Source: a bacterium
Lineage (GTDB): Bacteria; Zhuqueibacterota; Zhuqueibacteria; Residuimicrobiales; Krinioviventaceae
Length of the DNA stretch: 64,000 bases
Direction of reading: 5' to 3'
NCBI GenBank assembly: GCA_963675755.2
Contig: CAXXMD010000003.1
Span: 640,001 to 704,000 of the forward strand
The translations under genes were made by a program, and so were the position numbers. The notes beneath the pieces are model-generated. The model did not search any database, had not been told where the DNA came from, and was given only the letters and a program-made list of their open reading frames with translations. Positions 48,451 through 59,423 of the stretch are shown here, piece after piece (position 1 is the stretch's first letter; every line of letters starts with the position of its first letter).

Positions 48451-49506
48451 CTATAGTCCTTTGTTCCTGATGAGCATAATGATAAAAAACGGAGCGCCAA
48501 AAAACGCAGTCACAATGCCTACAGGCAATATAACCGGTTGTAATACAAAACGCGCCAACGTGTCGGATAAGAGCAGAAACAATCCACCAAACACGGCACA
48601 TGCCGTAACCAGCATGGTCTGGCTTTTAAAAAAGTAACGGCAAAAGTGAGGGGCCAAAAGCCCAACAAAACTGATGATACCATATCCGGATACAATCATG
48701 GACGTCATGAGCGATGCCAAAAGCAAAACACGCAGACGGAACCGCGCCGGTTCTAAACCGCCTGCTTTGGCGGAATCATCACCGGATTGCAGCAGGGTAA
48801 AATCCCAGGTGTGCCGCACCATCCATATCAGAATCGGTAGAATGATCAATGCCTGTACCACAAGCATGGGATACGTGGCCCGCCCCGGATCGCCAAAGGT
48901 CCAGAATATGATCTCTGCAAGTTGACGGTCATTTGCAAAATATTGCAAAGCCGAGGTCAATGCACTGAACAGGCTGCTGGTCATAATACCTGCCAATACA
49001 ATAATAGAAGGACGACTGCCGCGGTGTTTCATCACCGTAATAATGATCAATACGGAAATCATACTAAACACAAATGCGGAAAAGCCTGAAAGCAGAGGCG
49101 TAATAAATGTAAAAGAACCCGGGTCCCAGGCAACCAGACTGCCCAGCATCCCGGAAGTCATAACCGATAAGGCCGCGCCAAAAGCAGCCGCGCCGGATAT
49201 ACCCAACGTAAAGGGAGAAGCCAGCGGATTTCGAAGCACGTTCTGCATTGACAGACCGCTTATGGATAATCCGGCGCCGGCCAAAACCGCCGCCATAATG
49301 CGCGGCATTCTGATTGACAAGAGCACCCGCCAGGCACTCGTGTCAGAGTTTATAAATAAAGACAAAATCGATAATTTTACCGGTCCCACATGAAGGGCAA
49401 GCAAAATACCAGCTGCAAGCAGCAAGGCCATGGCCCAGGTAATCCGGTACTGACGCCGCACCATTTCCGTATATTGTAATGCCGTATCTTTCATATTCAT
49501 TTCCAT
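48451..49506 (-). CDS. FecCD/BtuC-family ABC permease
   Basis: RMPRI.AA.LAGAGL..SG..MQ...RNPLASP.TLGIS.AA, I.FVGL.APH, LPVG.VTA..GAPFF. Confidence 0.95.
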   Translation of the reverse strand: MEMNMKDTALQYTEMVRRQYRITWAMALLLAAGILLALHVGPVKLSILSLFINSDTSAWRVLLSIRMPRIMAAVLAGAGLSISGLSMQNVLRNPLASPFTLGISGAAAFGAALSVMTSGMLGSLVAWDPGSFTFITPLLSGFSAFVFSMISVLIIITVMKHRGSRPSIIVLAGIMTSSLFSALTSALQYFANDRQLAEIIFWTFGDPGRATYPMLVVQALIILPILIWMVRHTWDFTLLQSGDDSAKAGGLEPARFRLRVLLLASLMTSMIVSGYGIISFVGLLAPHFCRYFFKSQTMLVTACAVFGGLFLLLSDTLARFVLQPVILPVGIVTAFFGAPFFIIMLIRNKGL

Positions 49507-49507
49507 A

Positions 49508-51772
49508 TTAAATGGCCAGCGAGCAATACAGCCTCACATCCCGGCCTTTACCGGGAACAAAAGACTGAAACGCGTAATATTGGGTGTTCATAAAATTATT
49601 CACTACCAGCCGCACAACTGAATTGCCATAACGATGACGATATTTTACCCCAAGCATGAGCGAAAACAATGCATATTCCGGGGTCACATATGCATCATCC
49701 GGTAAACGGGTCTGCCGACTGTACTGCTGCACAGACAACATTGAACTCACATAGAGCTGCTTCGAGATTGAAAATCCATATCCCAGTTCTGCTTTGACAT
49801 GAAACGGCGGAATATAATCCAGAGGTTCATACAGTGTGCCTGAATCATATTCTGTAATGTCCGTTCCGTGCGTATATGCAGCTCCAAGGGAAAAGCGCAG
49901 CTCATCTGTGTTCCATAAAACATCATCGAGCTGGGTGCTTGCTTCAATCTCGCCGCCATAGATCTCGGCCCTGCCAATATTGACATATTCATAATTGAGA
50001 CCGGGCATATCGTATATAATTTCCTTGCTGATCATATTATCCAGCAGCCAATAAAACGGACTGATCTCGAACCGAAACATTGGGTGGCTGAACAGATATA
50101 CCAGATCAATATTGCGGCTATATTCCGGTATCAATTCGGGATTGCCGTACAGAATGCCGTTTGCGGTATATGTATCGCTGAACATTTCCTGCGGTGTGGG
50201 CATGCGAAACGCTTTTGCCAGATTGATTTTGACCCGGCTAAACGTGCCAAGTAAATACTGCGCCGCCAAGGCCCCGCTCAGCGCTCCGGTTTGAGTGCTC
50301 CGTTCCTGCTCCTGCTCTAAGCTGAACACATCGCCTTCATAAACAGTCGAATGATCATAACGAACACCACCCTGCAAGGACAAATGGCTTCCCGCCCGGT
50401 ATTTCAATTCCGCAAAACTGCCTGATGTTAAAGAACGTGCATTACGGCTCACCTGGTTTTCAAAATAATATCCGTTATAATAATCCGTTATATTCACCGG
50501 AGATGAAATGCTGAATCGGTAAAACTCGGCACCGTATTGCAGGGTCATATCTTTATTCAGCCTGAAAAGTGGCGTAACCTTGGCACCATACCAGGAATCA
50601 GAATACATGGTCAGTTCCTGATACGAGGGTGCTTTGGTACCGGCATTCAGATACAGTTTTTGCTGGTCTCTGTTCTCTCTGGCGTAATACACGGAAAAAG
50701 CGAGTTTTTCCAATACGCCACCCGGAGAATAATCGTAATGCATGCTATAATTATCACTGTTTTCCGCCAGCGTGTTGACATGCAGATAACGGGTGCCGCT
50801 GAATCCCACCGGTTTTCCCCACGGACCGCCACGATGCAGTTCGGCATACAGACGCAGTTCATGTGTGTTTGTATGCAGACCCGCGGCCGTGAACACGTCT
50901 TTATCGCCGTAAAAACTATTCACGGCCCTGCTGCCGTCAGCATAGTGATACACGCCGGCATTCCGGTCCCGGTACGCGCCTTTTAGCGCAAAGGTTCCGT
51001 TACTCCATCCCCCGCAATACAGTGTATTTTTTTCATTATTGTTCGATGCATAACCAGTGGTTACACGCGCGTTCAAACCCTTTTGCTTGAACGGAGATTT
51101 ATCAATCAAATTGATCACACCGGCAATAGCACCAGCCCCAAAAGTAACCGAAGCGGGGCCTTTTTCCACATCTACTTTTTCAAGATCATATATATTGACC
51201 ACATGAGACATAAATCCGGCAGGATAGCTGCTAAATCGACGGTTACCATTGCGTAGAATCAGCAATCGTTGTCCGCTTAACCCACGCAGTACAATGGGAG
51301 ACTGGTACGGATCTTTTACCACAATACCCGGTGTACGAACAAGCACCTCAGATGTGGTGGAAGGCACAATAGCCTCAATTTCTTTTTTGCTGATGGATCT
51401 TGCGGAAACCGTACTGCTGAAACGGATAGGTTGTTCAGCGGTAACGGTAATATCATCCGCCTGCAAGACTACCGGTTCCAGCTTGATAGTTGTTTCAGCA
51501 TCCGGTGTATTCACCATAAATGTAGCAGGTTTGTACTGAATGTGTTTTATCCACAATTCCACAGGGAACGAATCTGTTTTACAATTCAGGTTAAAACAAC
51601 CTGATGAATCAGTAACAACGCCTGTGCTGTCAAAAAGAACCTGAACATTGGCAATACCCTTGCCGGTACTGCTCTCGCACACCCTGCCGGTCAGAATATG
51701 CCGGGCAAATACACTGCCCGGTATCCATGCTAAAATCCATATCCATATCAAACATTTGCGTATCATTTTCAA
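49508..51772 (-). CDS. TonB-dependent receptor (heme/siderophore/metal-chelate type)
   Basis: Signal peptide, N-terminal CarboxypepD-like domain, plug (PIVLRGL, VDVEKGPAS..FG.GAIAGVIN), AFRMPT..E, GNPELIPE, C-terminal GR. Confidence 0.93.
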   Translation of the reverse strand: MKMIRKCLIWIWILAWIPGSVFARHILTGRVCESSTGKGIANVQVLFDSTGVVTDSSGCFNLNCKTDSFPVELWIKHIQYKPATFMVNTPDAETTIKLEPVVLQADDITVTAEQPIRFSSTVSARSISKKEIEAIVPSTTSEVLVRTPGIVVKDPYQSPIVLRGLSGQRLLILRNGNRRFSSYPAGFMSHVVNIYDLEKVDVEKGPASVTFGAGAIAGVINLIDKSPFKQKGLNARVTTGYASNNNEKNTLYCGGWSNGTFALKGAYRDRNAGVYHYADGSRAVNSFYGDKDVFTAAGLHTNTHELRLYAELHRGGPWGKPVGFSGTRYLHVNTLAENSDNYSMHYDYSPGGVLEKLAFSVYYARENRDQQKLYLNAGTKAPSYQELTMYSDSWYGAKVTPLFRLNKDMTLQYGAEFYRFSISSPVNITDYYNGYYFENQVSRNARSLTSGSFAELKYRAGSHLSLQGGVRYDHSTVYEGDVFSLEQEQERSTQTGALSGALAAQYLLGTFSRVKINLAKAFRMPTPQEMFSDTYTANGILYGNPELIPEYSRNIDLVYLFSHPMFRFEISPFYWLLDNMISKEIIYDMPGLNYEYVNIGRAEIYGGEIEASTQLDDVLWNTDELRFSLGAAYTHGTDITEYDSGTLYEPLDYIPPFHVKAELGYGFSISKQLYVSSMLSVQQYSRQTRLPDDAYVTPEYALFSLMLGVKYRHRYGNSVVRLVVNNFMNTQYYAFQSFVPGKGRDVRLYCSLAI

Positions 51773-51799
51773 TACAACCTGTTATATTCATTTCCAGTA

Positions 51800-52486
51800 T
51801 TATAATTCCAGCAACTGCCACATCACCGTGGTTTTTTGTTTATTCTCTCCGGAACCTTTGAATTGCGTTACCATAAACTTTACAAAGCTTCCCTCTACGG
51901 TTTGTACCAGAAATACAGGTTGTAAATCCTCTTCATTCTGATCTTCGGGTATGGATATAATACGTGTGCGGAACTTGTTGCCAATCACGCAACCATCATA
52001 CGCCGCCATGATCAGAGATTTGTCATAAAATCCGCTGTCATTGACGCAGGAATTGAAATCAATAGTAATATCAGAAGCCAGGCTGTCAAGCATTGCAGAC
52101 GTGATCTCGGTAAAAGAATTGAAATAATCAATTCCCGTTCCTGCCAGCATTGCCCGGGCTTCTTCTGCAAGTAGAATAGCGGGCGATCCTTCACTCTGGG
52201 TATCGCCCTTTTCATCCTCAAAATAAACCATAAGATTATAAAAGACAGCATCTGCAACAAATGCTTCCGGTGTACTGTCTCCAAAATAAGTAGTATCTGC
52301 ATATTCGCCATTATGGACAAAATCCAACCCCGCACCTGTACGGTTGATTTTAGGACTCCGTTCCAGTGCATAGGTTTTTAAGGAAAAATCTCCTTGAATT
52401 TCCGGTTCAGTTACCGTGTCATCTTTTGAGCATGAAAATGCCAACATCAAAATAAAAATCAATATAATATACAGTCGCGTTCTCAT
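51800..52486 (-). CDS. Lipoprotein with HmuY-like C-terminal motif
   Basis: Start reassigned to ATG 52486 (AAAGGA RBS). Lipobox AFSC. C-terminal PVFLVQTVEGSFVKFMVTQF resembles the HmuY-type vyvvrtadGkyaK strand. Lies directly upstream of a TonB receptor. Confidence 0.6.
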   Translation of the reverse strand: MRTRLYIILIFILMLAFSCSKDDTVTEPEIQGDFSLKTYALERSPKINRTGAGLDFVHNGEYADTTYFGDSTPEAFVADAVFYNLMVYFEDEKGDTQSEGSPAILLAEEARAMLAGTGIDYFNSFTEITSAMLDSLASDITIDFNSCVNDSGFYDKSLIMAAYDGCVIGNKFRTRIISIPEDQNEEDLQPVFLVQTVEGSFVKFMVTQFKGSGENKQKTTVMWQLLEL

Positions 52487-52517
52487 ATCATGTCCTTTCT
52501 GAAAGTTACTACAGCAA

Positions 52518-52820
52518 TCAATCCAATAAATATTCACTGCACGCTTCACCCTCTTCCAGCGAATCTAGTATTTCATCAACTTTATCCTCATCAATGCCGC
52601 CATACCACCAGCCTTGAGGATATACAATCATGATCGGGCCTTTTTCACAGACTTTTAAACAACCTGTGCTCGATACCATGGCATCAAGACCTCTATCCAG
52701 GATTTCATTCTCTATAAATTGCAACAGACTTGCCGCGTCTTTTTTATTACAAATACCCTGCGGTTCACCGCTGATACGAAAGCTGTTACAAACAAATATA
52801 TGATATTCCGGTTTTTGCAT
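52518..52820 (-). CDS. Thioredoxin-like [2Fe-2S] ferredoxin (nif-associated)
   Basis: HIFVC...GIC...STGCLKVCEKGP.MIVYP.G.WY, with four Cys ligands. Confidence 0.93.
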   Translation of the reverse strand: MQKPEYHIFVCNSFRISGEPQGICNKKDAASLLQFIENEILDRGLDAMVSSTGCLKVCEKGPIMIVYPQGWWYGGIDEDKVDEILDSLEEGEACSEYLLD

Positions 52821-52845
52821 TTTCTCTCCAGCGTTTAATAATCAC

Positions 52846-54225
52846 CTACATTACCAGTTCAATGTCAACTTCGGTAGCGTCACGGTCCTGACGGTCCATC
52901 AGCATACCCAGCATTTTGATTAAAAACTGGGTAGCACCGGCATAACCAACATTCGGCAAATAACTGTGCCCTACTCGATCCAAAATGGGGAACCCATACC
53001 GCATAAAAGGTATATCTTCATCGTGTGCGATGTACTTGCCATAGGTATTTCCAATCAACAGGTCTACCGGTTCGTTCTTGATCCACTGGTGCAATAAAAA
53101 CATATCTGCACCTTTACCATTCATGAGATTATAATGATCTACCCGGTCTTCCAGCAACTCGTTCATACGATTGGCGAAATACTTGCCGGGAGTACCACTT
53201 ACAATGTGTACCGGCTGCATGTCCAGATCGAGCAAAAACTCGGTCAAGGGTATCAGGTGATCAGGATCTCCAAACAGCGCCACTTTTTTTCCATACAGGT
53301 ATTGATGCATATCCGAGATGATATCTACCAGCCGACCGCGTTCGTCAGCCATTTCTTCCGGAACGTCAACTTCGGCAGTCAGGCTCATGGCTTCAACAAA
53401 ACGGTCTGTTGCGGAAATACCAATTGGCAGATCAAGCACATCAAACGGTACCGAGCATTTGTTACGTAATGATCTAGCTGCAGACTCGGATGAAAAATAA
53501 CCCAGAGCCAGGGTATGCTTGCTGCAGCCCGTGCTTTTCAGTTCAGGGATAGTTACCCCGCCACGCGGATAAAACTCGTGCTTACCGGTCATGGGGGCGT
53601 CCATCACATTCGATGTATCCGGAAACATGACAATTTTCACTCCCATGTCTTTGGCAATCTTTTTGATCTCGCGCATATCACTGGGCTCCATCCAACCGGC
53701 AACAATATTGATCTGGTCAAAATGCTGGCCGTTTTCAGAAAAATAATCTACCATGCTTTTGGTCATGTTGGCATAGCCGGTTACATGCGAGCCCACATAA
53801 CTCGGTGTACTGGCATGGATTACAAATTTTCCTTCCGGTACTTTGCCATCATCCATTGCTTTTTTCGATATCTGCTGTACATCATCACCAATGGTTTCTG
53901 ACAAACAGGTGGTATGAACAGCGATAATGTCAGGTTCATAAATTGTAAATATATTATCAATGGCTTGTACCAGGTTCGCTTGTCCGCCAAAAACGGAAGA
54001 GCCTTCCGTAAAAGAGCTGGTAGCGGCCATAACCGGTTCCTTGTAATGCCGGGTCAACGCACTGCGATGATACGCGCAGCATCCCTGAGATCCATGACTA
54101 TGGGGCATACACTTGTGAATGCCCAGCGCAGCATACATGGCGCCGACCGGCTGACAGGTTTTTGCCGGATTTATTGTCAAAGCTTTACGCTCTGTAATTT
54201 CCTTTGGTGTATGTCGTAACAACAT
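52846..54225 (-). CDS. nifK: Nitrogenase MoFe protein beta subunit
   Basis: INPAKTCQPVGA, HGSQGCC, TTCLSETIGDD, TPSY.GSH. Short N-terminus of clostridial type. Start ATG 54225 with GAGGA RBS. Confidence 0.97.
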   Translation of the reverse strand: MLLRHTPKEITERKALTINPAKTCQPVGAMYAALGIHKCMPHSHGSQGCCAYHRSALTRHYKEPVMAATSSFTEGSSVFGGQANLVQAIDNIFTIYEPDIIAVHTTCLSETIGDDVQQISKKAMDDGKVPEGKFVIHASTPSYVGSHVTGYANMTKSMVDYFSENGQHFDQINIVAGWMEPSDMREIKKIAKDMGVKIVMFPDTSNVMDAPMTGKHEFYPRGGVTIPELKSTGCSKHTLALGYFSSESAARSLRNKCSVPFDVLDLPIGISATDRFVEAMSLTAEVDVPEEMADERGRLVDIISDMHQYLYGKKVALFGDPDHLIPLTEFLLDLDMQPVHIVSGTPGKYFANRMNELLEDRVDHYNLMNGKGADMFLLHQWIKNEPVDLLIGNTYGKYIAHDEDIPFMRYGFPILDRVGHSYLPNVGYAGATQFLIKMLGMLMDRQDRDATEVDIELVM

Positions 54226-54267
54226 GGTTATCCTCGTCAATCTATATTTATCACTCTATATTCTCTA

Positions 54268-55899
54268 TCAGCTTGCGGTTCTGGCAAATTGCGCATTTAA
54301 TTTGGGGCCTTTTTGCCAGGGGGGTGTAATCAAACTCCAGATACGTGAATTTACCATACGGTCAATTTCATGATAAAAGTTGATAGCACCGCCAAATGCA
54401 GCATAAGGACCGCCGTAATCATAACTGTGCAGCTGTTTCAAAGGCACGCCCATCTTTTGTACAGCGTATTTTTCCTTGATTCCCGCACAAAATACCGCAG
54501 GATTATAATAATCAATGAGTTTTTCCATCTCATAGTGGCTAATATCGTCAATAACCAAAGATTGCTTGTCCATTTCGAACATCATGCCTTCATAATCCGC
54601 AAAGACGAGTCCCTGTTTTTCAAGACGTCCTTTTTTGGTTTCACTGACACGCGGATTAAATTTTTCAGGGTCCGCGGAAACTGTTAGTTCTTCAATATTA
54701 CGGCTATCGGCGTCTACCTTGATATTTGGCAAAACCCGGCGGCCTTCATAATCATCTCGGTGCGCAAATTCGTATCCCGCAGCTATGGTTCTCATACCAA
54801 TTTCACTGAACAGATGCTGGTAATGATGCGCGCGTGAACCACCTACAAACAACATGGCCAGCTTGCCTTCTGTTTTCGGTAAAATCTCTTCCTGGGCTTT
54901 CTTGACTGCTGCCATCTCTCGCTCTATGACAGTTTCAACACGTGCTTTTAATTCTTCATCTTCAAAGAAATCTGCTATTTTTCTGAGCGATTTTGCCGTT
55001 TCCTCGGCACCAATGAAATTGATTTTGATCCAGGGAATTCCATATTTTTTCTCCATCATTTCTGCCACATAGTTGATAGAACGGTGACACATGATCATGT
55101 TCAAATCTACTGTATGCGCGTTCTCAAACTGGTTAACCGTAGAGTTTCCACTCAGGGTTGCAACCAGCTCTATACCGCATTCATCAAATAAACGTTCAAT
55201 TTCAAAAGCATCGCCACCAATATTGTATTCACCCAGCAGATTGACTCTGAACTTTTTTTCACCTTTAATCTCATCATCCAGACCAACAAGATGCTTGAAT
55301 AATTGGTTATTGGCAATATGGTGACCCGCACTTTGCGAAACACCCTTGTATCCTTCACAGCTAAATCCAAAAATATTACAATCGCCCAGTTTTTCTCTCA
55401 TCTCTTTGGCAACTGCATGTATATCATCACCTATCAAACCTACAGGACAAGTTGCAAAAATACCAATGGCTTTGGGATGAAACAGGTCATAAGCTTCCTG
55501 AATTGCTTGCTTTAATTTGTTCTCACCACCAAATACAATATTCTCATCCTGCATATCTGTAGAAAAACAATAGGTCATATAATTTTCATCTTCCGGGCCA
55601 TCTGGCTTGGTCTGGTTACGTCGGGTCAGCCAACTGTAAAATCCACAACCAATGGGACCATGGGTTATGTTGACAATATCTCGTGTGGGACCCAGTACCA
55701 CACCTTTACAACCCGCATAAGTACATCCTCGCTGGGTAATAATTCCAGGAATGGTCCGCACATTGGCCTGTATTTCCTGACCGGGCTCCTGCTCGTTGAC
55801 CACCATGGCCTTGCTTCGTTTTTTTGCAACTTTGGTTGGATATTTTTTAAGGACTTGTTCCTTAAACGCTTCCGGCGCAGGTAATGTCTTTTTCATCAT
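54268..55899 (-). CDS. nifD: Nitrogenase MoFe protein alpha subunit (Group II / cluster III type with insertion)
   Basis: P-cluster Cys (RGCTYAGC, GPIGC, TCP), GVSQSAGHH, FeMoco ligands MCHRS and LHSYDY, GGSRAHH, ~50-aa insertion after YEFAHRDDY. Confidence 0.97.
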   Translation of the reverse strand: MMKKTLPAPEAFKEQVLKKYPTKVAKKRSKAMVVNEQEPGQEIQANVRTIPGIITQRGCTYAGCKGVVLGPTRDIVNITHGPIGCGFYSWLTRRNQTKPDGPEDENYMTYCFSTDMQDENIVFGGENKLKQAIQEAYDLFHPKAIGIFATCPVGLIGDDIHAVAKEMREKLGDCNIFGFSCEGYKGVSQSAGHHIANNQLFKHLVGLDDEIKGEKKFRVNLLGEYNIGGDAFEIERLFDECGIELVATLSGNSTVNQFENAHTVDLNMIMCHRSINYVAEMMEKKYGIPWIKINFIGAEETAKSLRKIADFFEDEELKARVETVIEREMAAVKKAQEEILPKTEGKLAMLFVGGSRAHHYQHLFSEIGMRTIAAGYEFAHRDDYEGRRVLPNIKVDADSRNIEELTVSADPEKFNPRVSETKKGRLEKQGLVFADYEGMMFEMDKQSLVIDDISHYEMEKLIDYYNPAVFCAGIKEKYAVQKMGVPLKQLHSYDYGGPYAAFGGAINFYHEIDRMVNSRIWSLITPPWQKGPKLNAQFARTAS

Positions 55900-55912
55900 G
55901 AACTCCTTTATA

Positions 55913-56290
55913 TTAATCCAACACTACATCACCGGACTGACCGGTACGGACCCGAATGGAATCCATCACCGGCAGCACAAATATTTTTCCATCACCGGCA
56001 TTACCTGTCTGGTTGGCTTTAATAATCGTATCCACTGTCACTTTAACTTTATCATCGGGTACCACAATCGACAACAACCGCTTGGAGACCAAAAGGGGTC
56101 CCTGTCCTAATAACGAAATTGCTTCATCTCGGCCTTCTTCAACTGCATGAAGAATGCGGTAATCCACCAAACCTTTACCACGCCCCAATACTTTACCTGT
56201 TGCCGTAAAGGAAGGCACTCCGGCGTCAGCCAGCGCGCGTTTGGTCTGGTTGATTTTATTAATTCGTATAATTGCCATCACTTCTTTCAT
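55913..56290 (-). CDS. nifI2: P-II family nitrogenase regulator NifI2
   Basis: MKEVMAIIR, V.GRGKG, KRLL, GDGKIFV.P...IRVRTG. Located between nifH and nifD. Confidence 0.92.
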   Translation of the reverse strand: MKEVMAIIRINKINQTKRALADAGVPSFTATGKVLGRGKGLVDYRILHAVEEGRDEAISLLGQGPLLVSKRLLSIVVPDDKVKVTVDTIIKANQTGNAGDGKIFVLPVMDSIRVRTGQSGDVVLD

Positions 56291-56300
56291 TTGTTATCCC

Positions 56301-56627
56301 TCACGCTTCTTTAAATCCTGAACTGATCGTGTACACTTCATCAACCGGTGAAATAAAGATTTTACCGTCTCCATAAGCACCCGATTTTCCGGTTTTTGCA
56401 TGGTCCATGATGGTCTTTATTAAAAAGTCTTTTTCTGTCTCGGGTATTACCATTATCAACATTTCTTTGGGCAGTTCATCATAAATCACTTCGCCCACCT
56501 TCAAGCCTTTTTGTTTACCACGTCCGGCAACCGGCAGCTTGGTAACCGCAGGATACCCCGCGTCTGTCAAACCCTGTAAAACGGCATCAACTTTATCAGG
56601 CCTTACAATCGCCCTTATCATTATCAT
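56301..56627 (-). CDS. nifI1: P-II family nitrogenase regulator NifI1
   Basis: IRAIVRP, GRGKQKG.KVGEV.YDELPKE, GAYGDGKIFISPV.E.YTISSG. Start ATG 56627 with AGGAG RBS. Confidence 0.92.
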   Translation of the reverse strand: MIMIRAIVRPDKVDAVLQGLTDAGYPAVTKLPVAGRGKQKGLKVGEVIYDELPKEMLIMVIPETEKDFLIKTIMDHAKTGKSGAYGDGKIFISPVDEVYTISSGFKEA

Positions 56628-56651
56628 AGTATCACTCCTTGTCAAAAACTC

Positions 56652-57518
<867 letters not shown>

Positions 57519-57540
57519 TTAATTGCTTACCCGGTTACAG

Positions 57541-57555
57541 GCAACGGTTGTGCCA
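57541..57555 (-). promoter_or_regulatory. Sigma54 promoter of the nif operon
   Basis: Minus strand TGGCAC-AACCG-TTGC, a perfect -24/-12 consensus 65 nt upstream of nifH. Confidence 0.92.
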
Positions 57556-57652
57556 CAGATAAACACTTGAAAGTCAACTCAGGTAACCATATGTTTTTAA
57601 GATACTTACACAGACAAAGTCAGCCATTAATAAAACAGCTCAAAATGAAAAG

Positions 57653-57787
57653 GGAAATAATTGTAACTTTTGAGGAGGGTGTTTATTGTGAGAAATCTAT
57701 AATTCTTGATCAAGCTAATGAAAAAACAGAGGGTTAGACCGTGTGACAATTATTTCCACCTTTTTTTGAAAACGGAAATAATTGTCA
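57653..57787. promoter_or_regulatory. Candidate upstream activator sites
   Basis: GGAAATAATTGT(C/A)A occurs three times: at 57653, inverted at 57744-57757 and at 57774-57787. Confidence 0.6.
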
Positions 57788-57809
57788 GATTTGAGAAAAT
57801 CACGGAATA

Positions 57810-59369
57810 TTAATCTATTAAAATTCCTAAATTTTTTATTTTATATCTTACCATTCTGGGAGTATAGCCCAATTCGCGTGCCGCAGAAGCTACATTTCCG
57901 TTGGATCGCTTTAAAGCATCTACAATAATGTCTTTTTCAATCAACTGGATACGTGCCTTCAAAGTCCCATTATCTTTGCTACCTTTTACAACATCCAGTT
58001 CTTCCGGCACCTGTAATGTAGGCGGTAAATTATATCCATGTATTGCACTGTCACTACTCAACAGAACCGCATGCTCTATACAGTTCTCAAGCTCGCGCAC
58101 ATTCCCCGGCCAGTGATAAGCCAGCAACATATTTATTGCAGGCGTGCTGATACGATGCACTTTTTTGCCCAACTTTTTCGCGTATTTCTCCACAAAAAAA
58201 TCCGCAAGAAGCAGAATATCGGACCGTCTCTCCCGCAACGGCGGCAGGAAAATGGGAAACACATTAATACGATAATAGAGATCTTCCCGAAAGGTACCTT
58301 CTGTTAGTGCTTTTTCAAGATCCCGGTTGGTTGCGGCAATTATTCTCACATTGGCTTTAATGGTTTTATTACTGCCCACACGCTCAAATTCTCGCTCTTG
58401 CAAAACCCGCAGCAACTTTGTTTGAATAGAAGGAGGAAAATCGCCTATCTCATCTAAAAACAGGGATCCACCCTCGGCCTCTTCAATTCGCCCCTTTCTT
58501 GAATACAAGGCCCCGGTAAACGCACCTTTTTCGTGCCCAAACAATTCACTTTCCAGAATATTTTCATTCAAAGCGGCACAATTCACCTTAACAAATGGCC
58601 GATTAAACCGCGGTCCTGCATAGTGAATAGCAGAAGCAACCAGCTCTTTACCCGTACCCGACTCGCCACGAATCAATACCGTCGTGGTTTCACTGCCCGA
58701 TACCTGGTAAATGCGGGTATACACACCTTTCATAGCGTGTGAATTGCCTATTATGTTTTCGGGACGGTAGCGCTGTTCCAACTCGTACCGCAATCGAATA
58801 TTTTCAGCCTCCAGGGCTTCCTTTTCCTGTCGCGTAATACGCCGCGATTTCACATCGTTTGCAATCATACCCGCAACAATTCGTAATACCCGCTCACCGT
58901 CACGTAGTATTTCTTCATCCGTACTTTCAAGGTCAACAGAAAGGGTTCCCACAACTTCATTCACTAGCATAATAGGTACACAAACAAAGCTCACATTTCT
59001 AACCTGTCCGTCAAACCGCCTGTGAATACGGTCTTTAAAATCCGGTTCATCAGCAATGTTGGGCACAATTGCAGACTTGCCGGCTTCTACAACCTTGCCG
59101 GTAACACCTTCCCCTTTTTTATAGATAATTCTGGGCCGTTCAACATCCAGATCCCCACCTGTAGCTTCAACAATCAACTCTTTTCCATCAATAGTCAAGA
59201 GCATAATTGTTCCGCGAATCATATACAAGTCTGCTTCAAGCGTTTGTAATATATTTCGAAAAATTTTGCGCTGCGATGTTTCGGTTGCAAGGATATTGGC
59301 AACCGCATACAGTGCATCGAGTTCTTTTTCATGCCTGATCAGATGCGCATTCAAGATTTCCACTAGCAT
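57810..59369 (-). CDS. nifA: NifA-type sigma54 activator (GAF, AAA+, HTH)
   Basis: GAF (GEGVTGKV...EP.F, SF.CVPI), GESGTGKE, GAFTGA, WPGNVRELEN, HTH TPRMVRYKI. Adjacent to nifH. Confidence 0.88.
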   Translation of the reverse strand: MLVEILNAHLIRHEKELDALYAVANILATETSQRKIFRNILQTLEADLYMIRGTIMLLTIDGKELIVEATGGDLDVERPRIIYKKGEGVTGKVVEAGKSAIVPNIADEPDFKDRIHRRFDGQVRNVSFVCVPIMLVNEVVGTLSVDLESTDEEILRDGERVLRIVAGMIANDVKSRRITRQEKEALEAENIRLRYELEQRYRPENIIGNSHAMKGVYTRIYQVSGSETTTVLIRGESGTGKELVASAIHYAGPRFNRPFVKVNCAALNENILESELFGHEKGAFTGALYSRKGRIEEAEGGSLFLDEIGDFPPSIQTKLLRVLQEREFERVGSNKTIKANVRIIAATNRDLEKALTEGTFREDLYYRINVFPIFLPPLRERRSDILLLADFFVEKYAKKLGKKVHRISTPAINMLLAYHWPGNVRELENCIEHAVLLSSDSAIHGYNLPPTLQVPEELDVVKGSKDNGTLKARIQLIEKDIIVDALKRSNGNVASAARELGYTPRMVRYKIKNLGILID

Positions 59370-59408
59370 ACCACATATTTATATTCAGACTACACTAGAT
59401 GTCAGAAT

Positions 59409-59423
59409 GCAGAATCTATGCCA
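59409..59423 (-). promoter_or_regulatory. Candidate sigma54 promoter of nifA
   Basis: Minus strand TGGCAT-AGATT-CTGC (GG-N10-GC), 40 nt upstream of the ATG. Palindrome ATACAAATTTGTAT at 59536-59549 further upstream. Confidence 0.6.

Noticed and set aside
51773-52517. Cobalamin riboswitch or Fur box controlling the importer
   Set aside because: The intergenic gaps are only about 30 bp and I saw no B12-box or Fur-box. The genes appear to depend on the upstream nif promoter.
52846-55899. Alternative (V/Fe-only) nitrogenase, or NifE/NifN misread as NifD/NifK
   Set aside because: There is no vnfG/anfG between D and K. The alpha subunit has MCHRS, LHSYDY and GHH motifs typical of Mo-NifD, and the beta subunit has all three P-cluster Cys.
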